Shown: piece after piece, positions 39,698 through 52,630 of the stretch
Position numbering within the stretch: the stretch's first letter is position 1
Layout of the letters: each line of letters starts with the position of its first letter
From: Intoshia linei
Taxonomy: Eukaryota > Animalia > Orthonectida
Direction of reading: 5' to 3'
DNA: 55,181 bases
Assembly (NCBI GenBank): GCA_001642005.1
Contig: LWCA01000099.1
Location: forward strand, 1-55,181
Position numbers and translations under genes: made by a program
The notes under the pieces: model-generated
The model's database searches: none
Seen by the model: the letters and a program-made list of their open reading frames with translations, nothing else
What the model was told of the DNA's origin: nothing

Positions 39698-40573
39698 TTA
39701 GATAAGTCTTTGTGGTTTTCCCATAGTACTTTTAATGTGAATAGATTTTATATTTTGCCATTTCTTCTTTAACAACGAAACGAGAAAATTGATAGCCATT
39801 GTGATATTAACTAGCAACTCTTCTTCAGTCATTGAAACATTTCCAATTGGAACAGCCAAAGTTAAAACCTAAACGAGTAAATAAATTTCCTTAAAATGTT
39901 TAATTTTTACCTTTTTCATTTGAAATTTTACAGTAGATTTAAGAGCCGAAACCTTATCTACCATAGCATCACTGTGCGCAACTGAAATTGGGAATTTACC
40001 CATTTTATTGAGACTTGGTCCCAATAATTTTGGTATAAATTTAATGAGTTTATCAGAAGCCAAAAAGGCATCATAGGATTTAACTAAAAATACATTTGAT
40101 AAAGGAAAATGCACAAATACCTAATTTCTTAATAACCTTTTTATTACGATTCAACTTTTTTAAATCATCATGTGATCTATGCGGAACGCCCAGTTCATCG
40201 GCTTCATCACAGTGTTGTTGATCTCCAAGTAAACAAACTTTGAAATTTTGTTTGGGAATGTACTTTAATCTAAAACAAAAATGTAAGAAAATTTAATAAA
40301 TTGAGATTACTCTCAATGTATTTAAATTAACGCTCTGGACTAGAGCTCCCCAATTTTGCGGTGAGGGTGAACCGTACCTTATGGATCCGTTAAAACGTTT
40401 GTCCTTTTGTGTGTCATAATTTTTTAAATTAAATTGCAATTCAACAGTTTCCAAAAATTTTCTCTTCCTCGTTTGACTACCTTCCAAAACTCTGTGTATC
40501 GAATCGTTTAAAACGTCAGTGTTGATTTTACTATGTTATTGTTAATTATTTGTAAATTAATATCAAACCTCAT
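39698..40573 (-). CDS. RPL10A: 60S ribosomal protein L10a (uL1), 5 exons
   Basis: [30 protein letters not shown]|[72 protein letters not shown]. Confidence 0.98.
40324..40356 (-). promoter_or_regulatory. Putative uL1/L10a-binding intronic RNA element (L10ARE-like) between alternative 5' splice sites
   Basis: RNA AAAUUG-GGGA-GCUCU-AGUCC-AGAGC-GU-UAAUUU forms a stem/asymmetric loop/stem between donors at 40377 (GTACGG) and 40310 (GTAATC). Confidence 0.65.
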
Positions 40574-40730
40574 TTTTGTATTTTTTATTATCGACCACTA
40601 ATAAATGTTTATTTTTAAGTTTAAATTAAGTCGTTCATAAATGGGTAACAAATGTTTCAATATTACAGTCAAGTTAGTTGCAAGTTGTAATGAGAATAAT
40701 TTTGATATTTTATATTTTTAAATTTTTCAA

Positions 40731-41605
40731 ATGTCTTTGTTTGACTACAACTCATTGTCGACGTTTCAAATATTCTCTTATTAGACCACTTATAACGGAG
40801 ATCAGATTACACAGATCGACAGTATAAGGTTCGACGAAAGTTAATTATATTATATTAGAAATTTTAAGTTGGATTAGAGGTAAAAACTAATGATGAATTG
40901 ACTATAAACTGAAAACATTTTGTCATTGATATCAGCTATAATTCAGCGACTCATTTGGAAATCCTAACTTCTAATGGTTTCAATAGAGCATTTTCGTTGA
41001 ATAATTTTATTGAAAACAATTTGTTTTGTGCAATATCGTGAGATATATTTTTCAAATAACGTTAATATATGCATTAGATTCTTATGGTTCACTCAGTTTA
41101 AATGATCAGTGAAAATATGTAATTGATTATTGAACTTTTTTATGAATTTAACTAGAATATTACAAATTTTTTTAAATATTTGTTGCCACTATGCATTTGA
41201 TATAAAAAGAAGAATTTTAAATTATCGATTTTTGAACAAAAATATTAAAATGCTGCTTTGTAAATCGATTAATGTGGTTGCCGCAAACAATGGAGATTTT
41301 AATACATAAAAAACAATTGACTATTTATGTTTAATTGGTTTGAATGATTGTTGAAATAAATTGGTTAAATGTATACTTTGTTTATTAATAAATTTACATT
41401 TATTGCTAATCTAGGTAGATCAAGTGACAGTGAAAAATTAATAAAATTAGAAACAATAGATTGTATCAAATAAATAAGTACAAGAGTAGAAATATTACAA
41501 CTATTCCACACTTTCGAAAGATTTGTGAATTCATTATGTAGATCAATCTTAATAATAGACAATTTTTTGCGTTCTAAATGTTGGAAACTATTTGATCAGT
41601 TGTAA
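40731..41605 (+). pseudogene. Probable decayed multi-exon gene of unknown family
   Basis: Protein-like segments separated by intron-like GT..AG stretches, with in-frame stops such as TGA 40910-40912 and TAA 41471-41473. Confidence 0.3.
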
Positions 41606-41666
41606 CTTAAATTAGACTGTACAATTTTGTAATCGTTTGAATATTTAATTGAGTAAATAAATAAAT

Positions 41667-44618
41667 ATGCCAAATTTACACAGAAGTTATATTCCTATAT
41701 TACCCGCTCAAAGCAAATTATTACAAAAAAGATGGGATGAATTAACATATAAAAAACATATAAATAAGGTTTATATTTAGTATATTATTTTGATTATTAT
41801 ATTGCTTCAGTTAAAGACTATTCGCCCTGTTGTGGATACTAAGGCACCTGACACCTTCATGCATTTGCACCTCAAATTAAAGAAAATACAAGTAATTTTC
41901 GTTATTTTTTGCTAATATAATGTTTATCCTAGATGGAAGCTGAGAGACTGGCCGAAGTAGAACGGGATAATCATTTATTATTGGTTTTTTCGAAATATGT
42001 ATATTTTTACATTTTTAGAACAAAATGACTCAGATTATGCAAACGAAAGGTCGAGTTGATAATGTTAATACTGTTAAAAGCAAAAGGTTTTTTCAAAAAT
42101 TAAAAAAAATCAATAAAATATTATGTTTTACATTGCGTCAGTCATTCAATTTATGGATAAATCCCGAATCCTAGTTGTTGTAAATTGACATGATTTAATA
42201 ACGCCAATGAACATTAGATTTATAACTTTTGATAAATAATTTCCATTTATCTCAATATGATTTTAAAACGCGTCCCGGAATGTATGTTTTATTAAATTTT
42301 TGGGCTGATTCTTATTTAAGCAAAAGGGAAATTGGGTTTTTGACCATGAGGGACTCAAATTCGGAAACTGAAAAATAGATAAAAACACGCTCGGGGAAAA
42401 ACTGTATTAGAAATTGGATTTTATAAATCCAACGACTGTCAATTTTTTCAATAAATGGTTACACACACAAACACATACAGAAATTCATTTTTATATAATT
42501 AAAAGATAATTATAAATTGGTGATTAGAGTTTATGAATTACTACACGTATACGAATTTTTAAATCAAACAATATTTTAGCCTCAACCGAGAAAAAAGGAT
42601 CAGAGATTTTATAAAAATAACTAATGAAAATAAAGAGGTAAATAACATACACTTTAACATAATGTAGAATTATGCATTTTGTATATTATAATATACATTC
42701 ATTTAATACTACAATAACTATGTACAATTGTATAATTATAATTATGATGTTGTGTGAAGAACCTGCCCTATAAACTACGATAAAAGGACAAATTTAATAT
42801 TTATTTTAGAATCCGTAATTTTTAATTTAATTTTTTTTCGAGCAATATATCTTAGAGCGACATAATCATAGATTTTACTAATTAATCATATTATTGATTT
42901 TTTTCACCCTATTTTTAAATACTTTGAAGATAATTTTGGGATCAAAATTTGGTAGGGTTTTTAATGGAAGCTGATTTCACACAATTTTATAGATTTTGAA
43001 GATAATTTTGGTTCCAAGATTTGGTAGGGAATATTTTTAACATTTTAAGGTATCTTCAAAATCTTTAAAAAGTGGGTGAAAAAAATTGTTCCCTTAAAAC
43101 TCCTTTAAAAATTGGGTGAAAAAATTTGTTCACTTTAAAATCTCCAAAATTTTGGTCGAGAAATTATTATAAAAATCTTTAAAAATTGGGTGGAAAAAAT
43201 TGTGCCCTTCAGAAACCCTTCAATATTTTGGTCGAAAAATTGTCATAAAAATCTTTAAAATTGGGTTTAAAAAAATTCTTTAAAAACCCTAATTGTCTTA
43301 TTGTAATTGTAAATTGTCTTCAAATTCTTTAAAAATTGAATGAAAAAATCAATAATATGATAATAGTAAAATCGTAATAGTAATTATTACTAATAACCCT
43401 TTAGGGGATTCCCTGATTGTTGAGATGTTGAGAACCAGTTCTATCTATTGATTGTCTCATTTTTTATTTATTTTTAAGTCTATTTTTTAGAGATTGTTGT
43501 TTATGTCAGAGGGCGGCAACCAGTAGCCCGAGGCCCAAGTTGAAATTTCTAGTTAAAATTAAAATTTATCATGTGTAAATTTTAAAAAACTGGGACCATA
43601 TAATTTTTTGATATAAAAAAATGGTCCACCACATGCAAAAGGTTTCGGACCCCTAGTTTATATTATAGCAAACCATTTTTTAAAAGTAATCTAATTTGTA
43701 ATTAGTGCTTCTCAAATTATTTTATATTGAAACTAATCGAGACGGCGGATAGGGCTAAACTGGGCGACATATTTTTATTATTGAAAACATGTTTGAATGT
43801 TAATGTATATTTTAAAAAATAATCAGAAGCATATAATCTGTCTTTTACCAACCTAACGGTATAATTCTGTTTAATAATAATCCGTAACTGAAAAATCTAC
43901 TGTTGTAGTTTGCATCAATTTGGTTTCAGTTATTATTTTTCAGTCCTTAGTTAGGACGCCTTACATATACAAAACTCTTTGTTTTTCAGTGTTTCTGTGT
44001 ATGTTATCGGTTATTTCAATAACTAAGAGTTTTAAAATTTTATAAAGTCCACATTTCTATTACAGTTTTTTTCCAGGGTGAAAGTAAGATAAATTTCAAC
44101 CTTCGACATTCACATCTTACCTGTCAAAAACCCCAATTTTCCTTTTTTTGAAAATCAAACGAGTTCGAGAATTTAAAAAAATATAGACTCTAATACAGAT
44201 TTTAAAATCATAAATATTATCATAAATTTAAATTTAAAAAATAAATATCTTATAAATGTAATATCTATATAAATATATTTGTATTGTATGCATATAAATT
44301 TTAGATACTTGGCAGATTATTAACACGAAAGCCTTTGTATTCCAGTGAAAAATGGAGAAAAGAATGGATTGAAAACTGTAAAATGATGGAAAATATAGCC
44401 AGATTCCAAAAAGATTGGTGGAAGGTTTACATTTTTATAGTTAGTGTTAATCACTGCGTCTAAAACTTTCATAATCAGAAATTATTAATTAAAGTAAAAC
44501 CATTTTAAATTTAATTTTAAGTCAAATATTAATTATTATTTCATTGTTTAAAGTGCATAAGATGATATTATTATTCTAATTATTAACGTTTTAGAAGGAC
44601 AAGAAAAAGACTACTTAA
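41667..44618 (+). CDS. CFAP97D2: CFAP97D2-like (KIAA1430/Hemingway domain) ciliary/flagellar protein, 7 exons
   Basis: MPNLHRSYIPILP..LLQKRWD..|RPVVDTKAPDTFMHLHLKLKKIQ|MEAERLAEVERDNHLLL|NKMTQIMQTKGRVD..SLNREKR..ITNENKE|ILGRL; absent from the ORF track because the exons are short. Confidence 0.85.
42840..43375. mobile_element. Foldback-like element (second family) in a CFAP97D2 intron
   Basis: Terminus GAGCAATATATCTTAGA..; inverted arms of repeated GATTTTGAAGATAATTTTGG / AAAATCTTTAAAAATTGGG units. Confidence 0.65.
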
Positions 44619-44640
44619 TTTGTAAATTTTAATAAATTGA

Positions 44641-46131
44641 TTATTTATTTTTTTTTTTTTTGCCTTTCTTCCCTTTTTTACTTTTTTTTGAAAATGCTCC
44701 AAGCCCTTTTCTAACTATGACGCCCCTAAACCAAGCTTGAACCTAACAATAAAGATTAATATGATTATAAATAGAAAAGCAAGTGTCAGTGTACTTTAAT
44801 AGCTGCTCGGTGTTGAATTTCTACAATTTGTTCAATTTTTTCAAAACGCTTTCGTTCATCTCGGTCATAAATGACAACTTTTTTATATTGATCGTACTAT
44901 ATTTGTGAAATTTAAAATTTAAAAAAATTTACTTTAGCGCTAATTTCATTTATTTGAGATAAGGTCTAAATGTGAATGTTTAGGGTCATTAGATAAAAAC
45001 CATTTTTTCAATTTGTGAAAGTTCATCAATTTCCCTTTGCTTGTCTTCAATGTTATTGGTACTTTTGTTATTCCAGAATTCTAATTTATCTGTCAAATTC
45101 TAAAAAAGATGAAAACTATCCTTATAAATAAAACAGTTTGGTTGTTATTTAGAAAATTCTCAATTTCATTGTTGACCCGAATTTCCATGTCTATTTCATA
45201 TTTCAACTTCTAAAATTTCAATTAGACAAGTACGTGTATTATTTTTTATTACAGATAAATTTTTGGATAAAACCATTTCCATCATGTACTGTTTTTTCTT
45301 TGCTTGTGTTAAACTGACATCACAACAATTTTTTACATATTTTCCTTCGATATTAGTTTTTGCCTTGGATTCTTGTAGTCTTAATTTAAAATCAAAATTT
45401 TTAAATTAGAAATGCAACATACTCATCTTTAAGGTGGGCAATTATTTCGTTTTGTTGGTGACTTTCTTTTACAGAAATCTTTTTCATCTCCTTTATTTTT
45501 TGTTGTAATTGGCGTATTTTTAATCTGCTTTTTTCTTCTCTAATAAACAAATGTACTACAAATGTATATTATAATTAATTTACTCATCTATGGTGTCGAC
45601 TAGTTTCATTTTTTCGTAGTGCACTTCATCTACGGCTTCGCATAGTGGTTTAAAAGAATTTCCACTTTTTAATGATTCTTTAGTAAGGCTGAGCATATCG
45701 TCAAAATAATTTCTGTCGTTTTGAATTTTTCGTAAATTTTCAGGTGAGTATGGATTATCTTTTGCGGTTGTATTCTGTAGAGATGTTAAATGATCTTTAA
45801 ATAATGAACGAGAATGCCCTTTATCCGATACCGAAGATTGTGTGGTTGATGCTTGCACGCGTTTGTTTAAAGAAGTTTTGTAGTTGTTTTTCAATCGATC
45901 AGTTTCTCGTACAATATCTCGAATATTTTCGTTTAGGATCTAAATTTAGTTGATCTTTTTATTTGAGAATTAAACTTGATCGGTTTCTTCTTGACTCACA
46001 TTCGGTAAAATTTTTTCTAGAATTTTTAATTGGTTTAAACAACTTTCAAATGCCAATCGGACATAACAGGATGTGATATCGTCACTCAAAGTGTGTTTCA
46101 CATTATCATTTGGTTTCATTATTTTTGTCAT
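44641..46131 (-). CDS. IQCG: Dynein regulatory complex subunit 9 (IQCG), 9 exons
   Basis: KIQNDRNY..EEEKSRLKIRQLQ..IAHLKDELQESKAKTNIEGKY..EIENFL..LEFW..IQ motif AAIKVQAWFRGVIVRKGLG and a Lys-rich tail, matching DRC9/IQCG. Confidence 0.88.
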
Positions 46132-46989
46132 AACATTTATTGTTTGTTTATAATTTCCAAGTTGTGTGTTGTAAAAATTTATGAGTATATAATTTAACTG
46201 AAATTTATAAACATGTCGGTATGTAGAGCAAATTTTATAGTTAAAATTGTATTAAACGAAAATCAACCTATTTACACCAGGGGTGTCAATTATGTTGTCC
46301 GCGTTATAATATACATTTTTATTTTTATAAAAATTTTTTACACAATTTCTTTTTTTAAAGTTTTTCATGATTTATTTATTCATTACAAATTTAACATTAT
46401 TTGTACACTTATTCCATTATTATTGTTTTTTATTTCATTTTATGAATTAAAACTGTTAGTTTTAACATAATTTTTTGAGTAAAAATTTTTTTCAGATTGG
46501 TCCCGCCAAGCAAATTGAGTCTGACACTGCTGTTTACATAACTTATTCTAGACAGAATCATTTACATAATAAATGCGTTTAATAATAATGAATAAATATA
46601 ATAAATGTAGTTTACGGTTAACAAACAAATTAAAATTAACATTTCTTAAAAACATTAAACTTTTTTATCGCTGAAATCATAGTATAATAGTTTCCAAAGA
46701 TGAAGCTATAATTTTTATGATGCGGCACGACACGTATTTGAGTTTGACATGGCTGTATTATATTGAATATGTTAGAAAACTAACATTAAAGTTGAAGTAT
46801 CAAGATAATAATATGTATTGTATTATGTATTACAGTCGGATTAGTTATCTATTGACACGATCAAAGACTGCCTCCAATTCCAAATCATATGCGACAATGC
46901 TGTGCTGGTAGTTATGGTTGGGAGGTATTTGGTTTCGAAACTCAGACCGATATACCGATGTATGCGTCATAAACACCACCATGAATTCT

Positions 46990-47545
46990 AAATTTGGTAT
47001 TTATATCAACTGGAATATGCTCTATCAGAATAATTTTTTTTTTAATTTTCTGACCGTTAATTATTTCATTTTTTGTTTATTATAAAATATTTCGGAAAAA
47101 AAATATATGAATACTAAAATGCTTTTTTGACCGTGAAGTCGTCACTTATCGGATTGAGATTTTTTGAGTGTGTTAACAGGATACAACTGTACCACCTGTA
47201 ACTTTCTTGAAATTCCAGGGCTGTTTTCGTTAAAAAAAGAAAGGTAATTTGTGGTTTTGGCCCTGAAGATATAATTTTTTTAAATTTAAATTTATGATTT
47301 TAAAATCCGTATCAACGTATATATTTTTTTAAATTCTCCAACTTGTTTGATTTTCAAAAAAAAGGATAATTAAGGTTTTTGACCCGTAAGATGTGAGTTT
47401 GGGAGGTTGAAATTTATTTTGCTAACATCTCCGGAAAAAAACTGCAATTGAAATGTGGACTTTATAAAATTCTAAGACGGGTAGTTATTTAAATAAAGTA
47501 GAACACACACACAAACAAAAATCGCGTAGCATATTATATAAGTAA
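46990..47545 (-). mobile_element. Inverted copy of the Helitron-like repeat
   Basis: Reverse complement of ~5650-6180. Confidence 0.7.
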
Positions 47546-47653
47546 AAATTGTGTAAAATGTAAATAATTATAATTATTTACATATTGTTAATACAGATTT
47601 AATACTGTTTGTAAGGATTGTTATTAAATATTATTTTGTAAACAAAGTAAATT

Positions 47654-50108
47654 TTATTGAGACTTTGTAATGTTTCTTTCCTTCGAAATAGAATGGATAC
47701 TATCTATATAAGCTTTAACATTTTCGATTGGTGTTTCTGTCAGAATTCCATGTCCCAAATTAGCTATATAACCTAGAGTTCCAAAAGAATCCAATTGATG
47801 ATTTGCATACTTTTTCATTGATACCTACATATTATCTATTATTTATTCATGTTTTATATTAACCAAATTTTATGTGTGGTCAGCAAAAAATTGAAAACGA
47901 TCTGTACACCGTTTCAACTGGGGTCATTTAAAATTTAAATCGTATTTTTTAATTTTTTGTGCATCATTTGCACTTTTTCCTTACAAAATCTTATATAATG
48001 GTAAAGATTATTAATAACCACCCAACAAATATACATACTATGTATAGATGTGCTTATATGGAGTCAAGTGACTTGACTCAAGTCTATCGACTCATCGCCA
48101 AAGAGTGATCACTGATCAGTAATAACTATATTATAGTAATTTAAAAATTAACAATATCATCAAATAAAGCTGCTGGTTCTAAATTTCCTTGCAACGAAAA
48201 TTTGTTTGTGGTTTTCATTCTAAAGATATTAACACGTAAAAGAATAATTACAATTATTAAACCTAATAACGGCGGGATTGATCGTATAGTCTAAAGATAA
48301 AACATTGTATTGTGTTTCACACAACATATTTGCAGCATAATGTGCTCCTTTAGCAAATAAAATCTAAATTTAACTAATTGAGATATGCGAAAATATCAAA
48401 TAACTCTTCAAATAAATTAAAATTATGAACGTGATTGTTTAATTTTTTGGTTCATAAACAAAATTTATTTTTACATTAATTTTTAGTTTTTGAAATGTAA
48501 TTTTTGCAAAAAGAATACCATTGGAACTTGAGGAATGTCTAATTTCTTTAATTTCAAGGATACCTCATTTCTAATTCTATTTAAATAGGGCAAAGAAAAA
48601 AGAGCAAAAGTTTCAATATTTAAATCTCCAGCATGAGATTCAAAAACTTGACAAATCTAAACATGTATGAAATAGACATTTAAAATTGCAACCTGCGCAC
48701 CAGCCTTGACACATCCTACCAAAAGATGAACGCAATAAGAACAAACCTGGTCAAAAAATTTTAAAACTTTTTTTTTGTCTCTGTACAGATATTTTTTAGC
48801 ATTTTTACCATCTTTTACCATGTAAACAAAAAGCGTCCACTAAAAAATTATACTGATATAACAAATATTCATATCTTTACCGGTGCAGCACAAAAAGCAA
48901 TTATCGGTATGCGATTTTTTATTTTTTGTTTGGTAAGAGTCACAGTTTTATATACAGAATCATACTTTTTATCGGCTGTGTACGGATCTATGATGTATTC
49001 TTTAACGTCGTCCATACTTACGATAGGATTGCCACAAACAGGACCCTTTGAATAATATTTTGAATCTCATATAATTACCTTTCCAGGGATTATTTCAAAT
49101 TCAAATCCCATTGCTCGAGGTACAATCATTATATCAGAAAAAATTATAAGTGCATCCACATCAAATCTGTTGCTAGGCTAAAATATAATGATATATAATA
49201 AAAATTAGAGCAGCGGTCCTCAAATGTCAATCCGTAGAAAAATTTTATAATAGAAATACGTTAAGACTTATTGTTAACTTATTACTTAGTATTAAAAAGA
49301 TTGAATTAATTCAATTAAGATTTTTTTGTTTGTTTTGTAGGATAATTTCATTTTAGTGGTCCACGAGAAATTTTATAGCAAATTACTGGTTCAGCAGTGA
49401 AGACACTGTGGGAACCCCTGTATTAGAGTATGGTACTATCTGTTTGAAAAAATGTTTAAAATAGAATTTGAATATAACAAATCCTAGTATATTCCAAACC
49501 TTATGTGAATAATTCACTTTTTCCTATTCTCAAAAATGTTTTAATAAATGTAACCTTCAATAAAAATTTTTTTTTTACAAAATGTATGTAAAATAACCTC
49601 ATTTTCATATATATGAAATGAAAGAATCAATTTTCACCATTTACGCTGTAAACTTGAATAAATTATTATTATTTCATTAAGGGTAACCATACAAAATAAA
49701 TTTAAATACAACCTATTTAAAGTTAGAATAAACTGAAATTGATTGTACAAAGTAAAATGTGCGTATATTCTCCAGGCCATCTACCTTAGGCTTAAGTTAA
49801 ATTACATTTTTTCCTTAACATTGACAAGAATGCATGATCCATATCAGAATTAGTAGGATAAAATATTAGTTATAGCATTATTTCAAACGGACCATTAATG
49901 TTTAGTTAATAATAATATTTACATATAATGTAACTTCAGAAGCTAATTCAGGATTATCGCAAATTTCAAAAAAATTATATTTTTCACGCATTTTTCTAAA
50001 TTCGGGTAAATATCGACCAGCTTGTCGCATTATCCAGATGGGTACACAGTCAACCGGTTCTCCTTTTGACGCTTTATACATTCTATCATTTTCTGCTTTT
50101 TGCCACAT
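47654..50108 (-). CDS. UROD: Uroporphyrinogen decarboxylase, multi-exon
   Basis: [57 protein letters not shown] and YIANLGHGI. Confidence 0.95.
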
Positions 50109-51349
50109 GTAGATCTCAGCTTTATTTCAAGTTTATATTAATTTAGTCTTACTATTGTAACATAGGAAATGTATTTTTACGTTACACATAAATTATGTGC
50201 CATAATGTGTAACCCATTAGTAGGGTTATATTTTTTATTTTCATGAAATCGTACATTCATTTTTATTATAAAAGTGTGGCAACCTTTTATTCACTCCACC
50301 CATCAGAATACTTATCACAAATGTCGGGTATTTTCTTTTGCTGAAACGTTTAATCCTGTATTTGTTAAGAATGTTTTGTAAATATAAATTTTTTACTATA
50401 AAAAGTCGGAACCCCTGCATTATTATGATTAACTTGATATTAAATTAAAAAATAAAACTATGGTAACATCAATTAAAATAAATGTTAAAGTTTTAATAAT
50501 TATATGTATAACTAATTTATTGGGGTGGCCGGACTTTTTCAAAATTTAAGCTTAAAAAACTATACCACGACTCTTAAGTGTATATTTCTCATTCTGTAGT
50601 AACCTGTATTTTTGATTTAAAAAAAAAGTTAACAAGCTGCAGGATTAAAAACGTACTCATATTACTTAGTTACAAAATTATAATGTTGAATTGTAATTTT
50701 ACAAGTTTTTAGTTTTAAACTATGTAAAATACAATTAAATTAAAATTTAATTTAAATATTTTCTTATTTGAATTGTAAATGATTTTACATTATTTGGATT
50801 AATCGTGTACCATAGCGTATTACATTTTTAAAATTATTAAAGTTTATTATAATAAACTTAAATTTTTAGTAGGTTTTTATCAGTGCTGCCTAAAACGTAC
50901 TTCTGGCAGCTTTAACTAGTTTAGTGCTTTCAAACATTTTTGGTTGGCGACACAAAATAACAAAATAAACGATTGATTAATTAATATAGTTGAACCAATT
51001 TTTTTCTAATAATAATTTGAAAATAAGCTATGTAAAATTTATCATTATTACAAAAAATATCTTTGATTTGCATTTTTATGTCTTCCAATGATATTGTCTG
51101 GTAATGGAATTTAAAAAAAATTAAATAAAATTTTAAGTTTAGTGACACACACAAGTGTCACGACACACCGGTTAAAAAGCGCTGCCCTAGTGTATATAAC
51201 TAATTTTTAAATCTTCAGAAACTGTTCATATTAAACAGAACTGACTTTAGTCAAAAAAAATATATGATATGGGGTGCCTCAAAAATGCCTGGTGTAGACG
51301 ATTTGAATAGGCTTCAATAAATACTAAACGATAATTATCGTAATTATAA

Positions 51350-51970
51350 TAATGTTTTGTAGTACCTACAAACAGCATCTAGCTCTGCCCAGGGCGGACT
51401 TATCTAATTTTAACAATAAAAATTTAAATGTAATCTAACATGATTCATTACCAATTATGTATCCATAATTAACGGAAGCTGCAGTCTAAAAACACATTTC
51501 GGATGAATTTTACCAACATTGCAAAGTATTGTAATAAATACAAAAATAATAATAACAAAGTTGTACTTTTAGTTGCTGTAATTTTAAAATATATTTCGTT
51601 AAATTTTTTCAAAATGAGTATTTAAGAATGAAAAATTGCGTAGCAATGAAAAAAAATTCGAAGGAATGAATTATATATATTTTCACCCATATTTCTTTAT
51701 TGGAAATGTGTAGACATTCAATGGACATTTTTTTTGAAATTTTGTATTTATATCAATTGGAATAAGCTCTATCAGAACAATTTTTTTTCTTTTTAATTTT
51801 CGGACCGTCAATTATTTCACATTTTCTGTTTTAATAAAATATTTCGGAAAAAATATATGAATACTAAAATGCTTTTTTGACCGTGAAGTCGTCACTTATT
51901 CAGATTTCAATATTTTATGTGTTAACAGAATACAATTGTACCACCTGAAACTTTTTTAAATTCTAGGGTT
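51350..51970 (-). mobile_element. Partial inverted copy of the Helitron-like repeat (3' part)
   Basis: Matches 47000-47220 and the reverse complement of 36660-36700. Confidence 0.6.
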
Positions 51971-52034
51971 GTTATTAGCGAACATAGCGAAAAAACAAAG
52001 CGTTTTATATAAGTGATGATTTATTTAAAATTAT

Positions 52035-52336
52035 TTTAGTCTGCCTTGTAACAGTTTCAATAATTCTTTGTCAGAATTTGGTTTTTCTATTGGTACGTAA
52101 TCAAATTCTTTATTAGTAGAGGAATTCTAAATGTTTAGAATATAAAAATACACTAATTACTTTGAGTCTATAATCTTCTTGCATTTTATCAATAACTGCT
52201 TGACAAACTGATCCCTATTTATAAATAAAAATTTAAAAACAATTGTCCCTTAATATACCTTTTTAACTCTCTTATTATGGTTATCACGTGTTTTAAAAGC
52301 AACGTAGATTAGAACACCACTAGTGCCAGTCCAAAT
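52035..52336 (-). CDS. Small spliced hypothetical protein (last 3 exons; first exon unresolved)
   Basis: IWTGTSGVLIYVAFKTRDNHNKRVKK|GSVCQAVIDKMQEDYRLK|NSSTNKEFDYVPIEKPNSDKELLKLLQGRLK* joined by canonical short GT-AG introns. Confidence 0.55.
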
Positions 52337-52630
52337 CTAAACATTTTATATTAACAATAGAATAAAATTGATTCAATGAAAAATGTAATAAAAAATAGAA
52401 AATTGTTAAAATACTAAATATTAAACATCCCAAACCAAATTTCAGTATAACGAAGAAGTAATTACAGAAAATTTCAACAATTGATTAAATTTAGATTCTA
52501 ACATTGAAATTGTATCCAGAAATCATTTTGAAAAAAGTCTACATTTAATGACAATTTTAGTTTATTTATTTTTAACTTTCATCAAAAATATAAAACAGAA
52601 AAATTAATAAAGTTTATTTTATACAAAAAT

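Noticed and set aside
50160-50400. Possible extra upstream UROD exon
   Set aside because: [11 protein letters not shown] already aligns with the family N-terminus, and the upstream sequence has MITE-like ends.
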